From assembly GCA_047635055.1 (NCBI GenBank), contig JBLIIJ010000008.1, positions 1,540 through 65,539 on the forward strand: DNA of 64,000 nucleotides, read 5' to 3'. This DNA is from Cyclobacteriaceae bacterium. Lineage in GTDB: Bacteria; Bacteroidota; Bacteroidia; Cytophagales; Cyclobacteriaceae. Positions 57,518-64,000 of the stretch are shown here, piece after piece. Every line of letters starts with the position of its first letter. The first letter of the stretch is position 1. The notes beneath the pieces were generated by a model, which did not search any database, was not told the origin of the DNA, and worked only from the letters and a program-made list of their open reading frames with translations. The translations under genes and the position numbers were made by a program.

Positions 57518-59240
57518 ATTTTGCAGCAGCGTAGGCTAGCATCACAGATTCAATATTAGTGAAAATATCTTTTTTAGTAAAAGGCTTTTTGATGTGCGAA
57601 TTCATGCCTGAGGAGATACATTTATCAATTTGTTCTTGATAGGTATTAGCGGATAATGCGAAGATTGGCGTGTGGTATCCTTGAGACCGCAAAGACTGTG
57701 TCGCTTCATAACCGTCTAATACGGGCATTTGAATATCCATGAGAATTAGATCGTAGGAGTTTGCAAGAGCCATATTGACGGCTTCTTCGCCATTTTTGGC
57801 TAATTCTACTTCCGCACCTAGGTTTTCCAAGACTTTTTTACACAAGGTAAGATTTATATCATTGTCATCAACAACGAGAATATTATACGCTCGTGAAAAT
57901 TGCATTTTTTCTGGTAAAAGAGGCTCCTCTTGCAGATCAGAAACTTTACCCTTGTCAAGCCTAACTCTAAAAGTAAATGCAGTCCCCGAAGTTCGACCGA
58001 TATCGCGCGGTGGACTTTGTACACTTACTTGTCCACTCATGAGCTCCGTCAAGTGGCTAATAATAGAAAGACCAAGACCTGTGCCTCCATATTTTCTTGT
58101 GGTAGAATCATCCGCTTGGGTAAAACTTTCGAAAATAAGTTTCTGTTTTTCCTTAGGAATCCCCAAACCAGTATCAATAACACGACCCTGTAATATGAAC
58201 TGTCGAGAATTTTGTTTTAGACATTTAAATTCAACGGCTATTTCGCCAGATTCTGTAAATTTTAAGGCATTGGCCAAGAGGTTTCGAATGATTTGATTGA
58301 ATCTTGAAGGATCACCGACGACTACTCTGGGGAGGTCATCATCAAACTTGACTCTGAAGTTGATGCCTTTTTCTTCTATAATAAATTTGAATGGATTGAT
58401 CGTTTCTAATACGCTCTTTTGGAAGTTGAATGGAATACGCTCTAAAACAAGTTTACCTTGCTCGACTTTATTAAGATCTAATATATCGTTCAATAGCTTA
58501 CTGAGGGATTCTCCAGAGCCTTTGATGAGATTTAAGTATTGATTTTGTGTGCTATCAGTCTTTGTCTCCATCAATAAGTAGATGAATCCCATAATCCCAT
58601 TGAGTGGCGTTCTGATTTCATGACTCATATTGGCAAGAAAACTGGTTTTTGATTTATTCGCCAATTCTGCGTTTTCTTTAGCCTGAAGTAATTCTGTTGC
58701 CGTATTCTTTAATTCAGAGATATCCTTGGCAATGACCAACGTACCCATATTGTTTCGCTGATTGTCGTAAAGCGTTGACAGAGAAGCAGAAGTTTCAAGA
58801 CGCTGACCATTTCTTTTGATTAATGTCAGCTCTACATTATGCAAAGTATTATGAATCAATACTTTCTTTCGAAGCTCCTTCACTACTTGATAGTCTTTTA
58901 CTTTAACAATACTTTGAAAAGGTTGTCCGAGTAGTTCTAGCTGCGTGTATTTTAGATCTTTTTCCACGGCATCATTGATACGACTGATTTTGAAATCAGG
59001 TGTAAGCACGAACAAAAGATCAACAACACCTTTGTACACACTTTCCATGAAGTCTTTTGAAACTGTGGAGGACTTAAGGCGATCTCCAAGTTTATTGATG
59101 CCATCGACTAGCCCATCGAGCTCATCTCCTTGATTTGGAAGTTTGTGGGTGAAATCTCCGTTTGCAATTTCATTAACGAGGTGAACGATTCGATCTATCT
59201 TGTCCCCAATAGGGGATATGGATGGTTTCTGCGTAGGCAT
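57516..59240 (-). CDS. Soluble hybrid sensor histidine kinase/response regulator (HAMP-like, PAS, HisKA, HATPase_c, REC)
   Basis: HAMP-like PIGDKIDRIVHLVNEIANGDFTHKL...DELDGLVDGINKLGDRL, H-box SHEIRTPLNG, N/G boxes NLLANALKFT and DTGLGI...GGTGLGLSI, and a receiver ILVVDDNDINL...DLILMDIQMPVLDG. No TM segment. Confidence 0.85.
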   Translation of the reverse strand: MPTQKPSISPIGDKIDRIVHLVNEIANGDFTHKLPNQGDELDGLVDGINKLGDRLKSSTVSKDFMESVYKGVVDLLFVLTPDFKISRINDAVEKDLKYTQLELLGQPFQSIVKVKDYQVVKELRKKVLIHNTLHNVELTLIKRNGQRLETSASLSTLYDNQRNNMGTLVIAKDISELKNTATELLQAKENAELANKSKTSFLANMSHEIRTPLNGIMGFIYLLMETKTDSTQNQYLNLIKGSGESLSKLLNDILDLNKVEQGKLVLERIPFNFQKSVLETINPFKFIIEEKGINFRVKFDDDLPRVVVGDPSRFNQIIRNLLANALKFTESGEIAVEFKCLKQNSRQFILQGRVIDTGLGIPKEKQKLIFESFTQADDSTTRKYGGTGLGLSIISHLTELMSGQVSVQSPPRDIGRTSGTAFTFRVRLDKGKVSDLQEEPLLPEKMQFSRAYNILVVDDNDINLTLCKKVLENLGAEVELAKNGEEAVNMALANSYDLILMDIQMPVLDGYEATQSLRSQGYHTPIFALSANTYQEQIDKCISSGMNSHIKKPFTKKDIFTNIESVMLAYAAAK

Positions 59241-59732
59241 GTTCAGAATGTGATTACTCGAAAATATTAAGATTCTGTGTTAATCAGGATCAAATTGGGG
59301 AATATGTTTCAAAGAATTGTCACAAAACTTAAAATGTTGTTAAACCTAATTGGTCAATGGTAGCACTGGTTTTCAATAAAAGGGATTGACATCAAATAAA
59401 AGAAGTTTTAAAAGATAATTATGCGTGAATTCAAATTATGCCAAGGTACGTTATGGGGACGAGAGGGTCTTGAGTCGACGAAAATAGGAGTCTTCGGCTA
59501 TTAAAGGTTTATAGCTCATCAATAGAATAGCGCGTCAATCGAGCTATGGGTTGAGTAATAAATAGATGGTCGTTTTTAAGTCAGGTCAAACTTTATTGCT
59601 AAAGCAGTCTTGACGATGAGGGGGTGATTTCTTCTTTAGCTTAAAAAATCAGTTGTATATTTTCACAATCAAACTTGGAGACTCTGAGATTCGATATATC
59701 TTTAAAATTGTCCTGACCAAATAAACCTCACA

Positions 59733-60707
59733 TTGCTTAAATTAATACAATACAACAACTCAGATAATTATTCAAAAGAAGGGCTGACGCCAAACGAAGC
59801 ATCAGAAATGATCAAAAAAGGTCATGTAAACTGGATAGATGTGGAGGTGATAGAAAAGGCGTTTGTTAGTGAGTTTGTTAGGCTTTTCAATATTCATCAC
59901 TTGATAGAAGAGGATATTTTAAATATTGATCAGCTGCCCAAATTCGAGCTTTTTGATCGACATTTATTCTTCACGACCAAAATGTTGAATTTCAATCAAG
60001 AGGAAGGCCTCATCGTAAAAGAGCATTTGAGTGTTGTCATGTGTAAAGGACTCCTCATTACTTTTCAAGAGGGCATGCCTGGTGACGATTTTGAAGAACT
60101 GAGAAAGAAAATCATGCTGGGTATGGGAATGATCAGAAAGTATGGTGAAGACTTCCTGTTCTACAATATTCTTGACGCTATAGTAGGACATTACGTGAAG
60201 ATTATGGAGAAGCTGCGAGCCAAGATTGATCACTTGGAATCGGTCTCCTTGGCAGATCCAACATTTGATGTGATGCAGTCTGTTATGGATATCAAAAAGG
60301 AAGTTAATCTACTCAGGAAATACACGATTCCGATGCGGGATGCGTTGAGCAAAATGCGCGTTGATGCAGACCATTTTATAAAGGACTCGTCGGTGAATTA
60401 CTTTCAAGATATTGCAGATCAGATTAATTACCTGATCACCTCCTTCGAAACTTCTCGTGAAATGCTCCGTGATTTAATGGACTTGCACCATTCCAATCAA
60501 AACAATGAAATGAATAGGGTGATGAAGACATTGACAGTGGTGTCAGCTATTTTTATTCCTCTGACTTTTTTGGCAGGCGTCTACGGTATGAATTTTCATT
60601 ATATGCCAGAGTTAGACTCTCGTTGGGGCTATCCGCTTACCGTAGGGGTAATGTTAACTGTTGCTACTTTTCTCGGCTATTATATGCGTCGAAAAAAATG
60701 GTTCTAA
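59733..60707 (+). CDS. corA: CorA family Mg2+/Co2+ transporter
   Basis: C-terminal TM pair with the GVYGMNF signature. TTG start as in the ORF track (first ATG at 59808). Confidence 0.85.
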   Translation: MLKLIQYNNSDNYSKEGLTPNEASEMIKKGHVNWIDVEVIEKAFVSEFVRLFNIHHLIEEDILNIDQLPKFELFDRHLFFTTKMLNFNQEEGLIVKEHLSVVMCKGLLITFQEGMPGDDFEELRKKIMLGMGMIRKYGEDFLFYNILDAIVGHYVKIMEKLRAKIDHLESVSLADPTFDVMQSVMDIKKEVNLLRKYTIPMRDALSKMRVDADHFIKDSSVNYFQDIADQINYLITSFETSREMLRDLMDLHHSNQNNEMNRVMKTLTVVSAIFIPLTFLAGVYGMNFHYMPELDSRWGYPLTVGVMLTVATFLGYYMRRKKWF

Positions 60708-60818
60708 GTCAAAAGAGGTAAAACCATTTTTTAAAGTTGCTATAAAGTAGATGCCATATGTTAGAGAGTCATTGAATTTTGGGATAAAAAAATCCCTGTC
60801 TAGTTGGCCTGCTTCATT

Positions 60819-60968
60819 TTACTTGGATAAGAGTTTGACTATCCAGAGGATGAAATAAAGGCCAATACCGACACCAAATATCAAAACGCCGATAACAAAG
60901 GCGATTCTCACATGACTTTCTTTCATGCCTATTTTCTTACTCAACCATCCTGAAACTCCTAATATCAT
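60819..60968 (-). CDS. 49-aa PspC-domain membrane protein (below the ORF-track cut-off)
   Basis: Reverse strand, ATG 60968 to TAA 60821-60819: MILGVSGWLSKKIGMKESHVRIAFVIGVLIFGVGIGLYFILWIVKLLSK matches the PspC domain pattern (G-V-x-G-x-L...VR..FV......G....Y...W). Confidence 0.5.
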   Translation of the reverse strand: MILGVSGWLSKKIGMKESHVRIAFVIGVLIFGVGIGLYFILWIVKLLSK

Positions 60969-61301
60969 AATTTTCTATTTTTAATTTAAGATAGTAAAAA
61001 ATGTACTGCCTCCTAATTAAAATGGGGGAGTTACCTCATTTTCCTACCGGAATATCGATATTAAACACTCCCTGCCTAATGATTGGAGAAAAAAAGGACT
61101 TGATTTTCATAAAGGATAAAGGCAACAAAAATTATTGATCTAAGCTGAAATTCGCCTGTTTGAGAATCAAATCGCATTGCTTACCTTATAGAATCTCGCT
61201 ATTCTTTTTAATTACAACTAAATTAAAAACAGCACGTGTAAAATAATGATCAATGTTGATTCGAGGTGTAGTTTGGCATTAGATAGGGGAACGAAGTTTG
61301 C

Positions 61302-61354
61302 AAAAAAAAAGAATCTCCACCAATCACTTTTTTTAAAGTGTTTGATGGAGATTC
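61302..61354 (-). terminator. Intrinsic terminator of the YceI-like gene
   Basis: About 20-bp imperfect stem (GAATCTCCACCAATCACTTT / AAAGTGTTTGATGGAGATTC, 18 of 20 paired) with a 4-nt loop. On the minus strand it is followed by a T9 run (A-run 61302-61310 on plus). Confidence 0.75.
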
Positions 61355-61378
61355 CCTAGGACTTAATCTTGTAATAAA

Positions 61379-62116
61379 TTAAAGCTGAGCTTTAGTCGCT
61401 GTTACTTCTAGGCCAATATTCACGGTATTGTATATGAACTTGTCTTTTGCCTTGTCGACTACATTTGCTTCATCTCCATAAGAAAGATTCCATTCAGTTC
61501 TGTCTATGTTGAATTTCGCTTTTGCAGAAAGTTCACCATCCATCATGCTCACAGCTGCGGGAAAAGTGATGTTTTTAGTTACGTCTTTCAGCGTAAGGTT
61601 ACCGCTGATGCTATGTGTAGGGTTTTCTACCATAAATTCACTTGCTTTCGCTGGTGCATATTCAGTTTCGAATTCGTCTTTGTCAGTTACTGCGTTTTTA
61701 TCAAATGGCTTTACCGCTGTAATTTCAAATTTGGCAGTTGGATATGTTTCTGCATCGAAAAAGTCGCCTGATTTGAGGTGACCTTTCAGTTTTCCGTATC
61801 CTTCCTCTTCTTTGGGTATGTCAGTGACATCCAATCCACTAATATCCATTGTGAAGTTACCGCCGACCAGATTATCTTCCTCAAGAGCAAAAGAGCCTTC
61901 TTTAATTGGGATAATGCCAGTATGCTGACCTGTAGGCTTGCTTCCTATCCATGTTGTAGTCGACGCGCTTGGCGTCAGCGCATAGCTCACGGAGGACGCA
62001 ACTACTGCCACTTCTTCAGCTTCCGATGTTGCTACGGTTTGTCCTTTAGGAGTATTACAAGATGTGATAAATACAGCTGTTGCAACTGTAAGTAGACCGA
62101 TTGTTTTTTTGTACAT
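61379..62116 (-). CDS. YceI-like (polyisoprenoid-binding) lipoprotein
   Basis: Lipobox VFITSC. STTTWIGSKPTGQHTGIIPIKEGSF...GGNFTMDISGLDV...LKGHLKSGDFFDAETYPTAKF is typical of the YceI domain. Confidence 0.75.
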   Translation of the reverse strand: MYKKTIGLLTVATAVFITSCNTPKGQTVATSEAEEVAVVASSVSYALTPSASTTTWIGSKPTGQHTGIIPIKEGSFALEEDNLVGGNFTMDISGLDVTDIPKEEEGYGKLKGHLKSGDFFDAETYPTAKFEITAVKPFDKNAVTDKDEFETEYAPAKASEFMVENPTHSISGNLTLKDVTKNITFPAAVSMMDGELSAKAKFNIDRTEWNLSYGDEANVVDKAKDKFIYNTVNIGLEVTATKAQL

Positions 62117-62322
62117 GATTAAAATTGGTTTAGGTTTTGATTTAATTATTTAGAAACCAAGGAGTCTTGTGAATGTTCGATCCAAAGAGGAATGGTTTCA
62201 AAAGGTTTGATGAAGTCTGGAAAATAATGGTTTAAAATCATTCGTATTATAGCGAAGCATGATTTCATTTTTTGTTGATATCAATAAAATTAATATTTAA
62301 AGATCGCTCAAACTATGATGCG

Positions 62323-63384
62323 CTATGGCTTGAGACGCGCAGCTAATGGCGGTCTGCTATGTCCCGATATGAGTTCTGCGATAATTTTTGTATTAGGAAA
62401 TTGCTCCAATATTATTTTGATGAATACAGTTAGAGGTATAGCCATGATCAACCCTGCAATGCCCCATATATATCCCCAAAGCATGAGCATAACTAGAACG
62501 GTGATGATATTTACAGAGAAAGTTTTCCCCATAAATACGGGTTCTAAAACAGCGCCAAACAGCGCTTGAACAGCTGTGATCGTGAGAATAAAAAATAGCA
62601 ATGTGCCTGTTGGTTCGATTTCGACAAATGCAAAAAGGGATAATAATACAACAGAAACAATCGACCCGATCATTTGAACGAAATTGATCAAAAAGGCGAA
62701 TATCCCCCAGAAAATAGGAAAGCTAACATCGAAGAGCAAGCAGGCAATACTAAAGCCAACTCCAGTCAATAGGCTGATGATAAATTTTACAATGACGAAT
62801 TTTATAATCTCTTTTTCAATCTTCATGAACGTCTTTACTGAAGCGTATTTTTGCTTGAACAGCGTAGAGTTCATTAATTTCTCAAAATTGATAGATTCCG
62901 AAAGAAGAAGGACAACAAAAAACACAGTCATTAGCGTCGTTGATAATGTTCGTTGGACAAAACTGAGCGTTGGCGCAAACTTTGTGAGAAGATCGCTACT
63001 CTGGAAATAATATTTTAACACATTGTCTCCTTGCGATCGCTCAATATGAAAGAAGCTTTCAACAGAGACAATCAAGTCTACCAATTTGGCTTTGGCTTTT
63101 TCAAAGAAGAAGCTATCTGCGGATAATATCTCGTTACTTGAAAGCTGAATTAACTCTCCACATACTTTGAGTATGCCAGTGATAATCAGAATGATAATGA
63201 GAATGCTAACAGGTTTAGGGAATTTTTTCTGACTTAACCAGCGCATCAGTGGTAAAAGCAACAATGCGATAAACATGGCGGCTATAAGTGGAATAAATAT
63301 GAAAGAAAGGATCTTTAGCAAATAGAAAATCAAAGGTATGACAATAATCAATAATAATGTATTGGTAGTTTTCGTGTCTTTCAT
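62323..63384 (-). CDS. AI-2E family transporter (PerM/UPF0118)
   Basis: Multi-TM protein with C-terminal ...LEPVFMGKTFSVNIITVLVMLMLWGYIWGIAGLIMAIPLTVFIKII..., characteristic of the family. Confidence 0.75.
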   Translation of the reverse strand: MKDTKTTNTLLLIIVIPLIFYLLKILSFIFIPLIAAMFIALLLLPLMRWLSQKKFPKPVSILIIILIITGILKVCGELIQLSSNEILSADSFFFEKAKAKLVDLIVSVESFFHIERSQGDNVLKYYFQSSDLLTKFAPTLSFVQRTLSTTLMTVFFVVLLLSESINFEKLMNSTLFKQKYASVKTFMKIEKEIIKFVIVKFIISLLTGVGFSIACLLFDVSFPIFWGIFAFLINFVQMIGSIVSVVLLSLFAFVEIEPTGTLLFFILTITAVQALFGAVLEPVFMGKTFSVNIITVLVMLMLWGYIWGIAGLIMAIPLTVFIKIILEQFPNTKIIAELISGHSRPPLAARLKP

Positions 63385-64000
63385 TGCTTGGTTAAAATAT
63401 TGTTCGCTTTCATCGAAGAATATATTGAGAACAAAGATAGCTGTCTAATGAATCAAACTGTTATTAATATTATAGCTCTTCCTTACCTTTTTGAAATAAA
63501 AATTCTTTCACTTCTCGATGAAATCATATCGCTTTACCATGGACGTTTTTTAACCCTGCATTGTTTTAGGAAATTTGGAGAATTCATGAAAATTGTAACG
63601 AAGCGGCGAATACTCCTACACATGACCAATCATGCTTATTGTACGTATTATCAGAAAATGGATTTGATAAAAAATAGATGTTTGCTTCAAGTAGGAGTTG
63701 TCAATGATCTAAGCTATTCATTGCCCTAGATTTAGTTGGGTTTGAACAAGACCAAGCATAAGTAAAATCTTAATAGTACAGACTATTTTTTATGGCCGTC
63801 ATTCCTGCGCATGCAGACATCACATAAAAATGACTTTGGCATGTCGTTTCCTACTATCTGCGTAAGGCCTATGTTTTGCTTCAGGTCAGTGTTGTCACCG
63901 ATCTAGATACGTCACTGTCCTGATCCTAAAGATGATCAAATGAGGAAGGATTACCCATTTGATCATTTCCTGTTTCGTGAAACTTGGAGGAGGAAAACTG

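Noticed and set aside
57775-58296. Long ORFs antisense or out of frame to real genes (this one, plus 36844-37260, 55497-55736, 55788-56084, 4872-5153, 28009-28332, 61506-62095, 62684-63010, 45569-45944 and others)
   Set aside because: They are shadow ORFs inside well-supported genes. They have low-complexity or biased composition and no independent motifs.
63388-63729. 113-aa plus-strand ORF after the AI-2E transporter gene
   Set aside because: It has a TTG start, no motif and odd composition. I did not list it as a feature. It remains possible but unsupported.
63786-63830. GTCATTCCTGCGCATGCAGACATC, reminiscent of the CATTCCTGCG...CAGGAATG palindromic repeat elements common in some Bacteroidota
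   Set aside because: It is a single degenerate copy in this window and does not form the expected perfect palindrome, so it cannot be called a repeat family member from one window.
63932-63966. 11-bp inverted repeat ATGATCAAATG...CATTTGATCAT with a 13-nt loop near the window end
   Set aside because: It is isolated, has no T-run and no adjacent gene end. It is too close to the window edge to interpret.
1-64000. CRISPR arrays, rRNA genes, intact IS elements or integrases, prophage genes
   Set aside because: I scanned by eye for regularly spaced direct repeats and for transposase, integrase or phage hallmark motifs in all listed ORFs and found none.

Overview
AT-rich chromosomal segment from a Bacteroidota genome, probably a gliding, marine Cytophagia/Flavobacteriia-like organism. 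Support for this placement: several type A T9SS C-terminal sorting domains, one type B (gliding-motility) C-terminal domain next to a PorP/SprF gene, TAnnTTTG -7 promoter boxes in front of both tRNAs, and no Shine-Dalgarno signals. All family names are motif-level calls made by eye; no database search was run. About 45 protein genes and two tRNA-Leu genes (GAG, CAA) can be supported. Most of the window is ordinary housekeeping: M42 and M48 peptidases, yqhA, phoH, comEC, recQ, pgk, tsaC/sua5, gpsA plus an acyltransferase, a polyprenyl synthase, a TlpA-like redoxin, an FKBP PPIase, a hybrid histidine kinase, corA, a YceI-like protein and an AI-2E transporter. Four parts look accessory. (1) A single 14.2-kb ORF (5191-19404) encodes a 4,737-aa T9SS-secreted mosaic adhesin-like protein. 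(2) The best candidate for an undescribed system lies directly downstream, at 19444-24789. It is a four-gene module in which every product has a Sec signal peptide: a small peptidase C14 caspase, an LPP20/DUF4384-like protein, a WD40-propeller-caspase fusion and an LPP20-like coiled-coil protein. Both caspases keep intact His/Cys dyads. The predicted extracytoplasmic location does not fit the cytoplasmic paradigms described for bacterial caspases (gasdermin, CRISPR, NLR). (3) A translationally coupled T9SS cargo operon (39237-47281) lies divergent to PorP/SprF. (4) Two gene-poor, decayed regions (3248-4329 and 28275-29740) include a frameshifted XRE-type HTH remnant. I saw no CRISPR array, rRNA, intact transposase or integrase.
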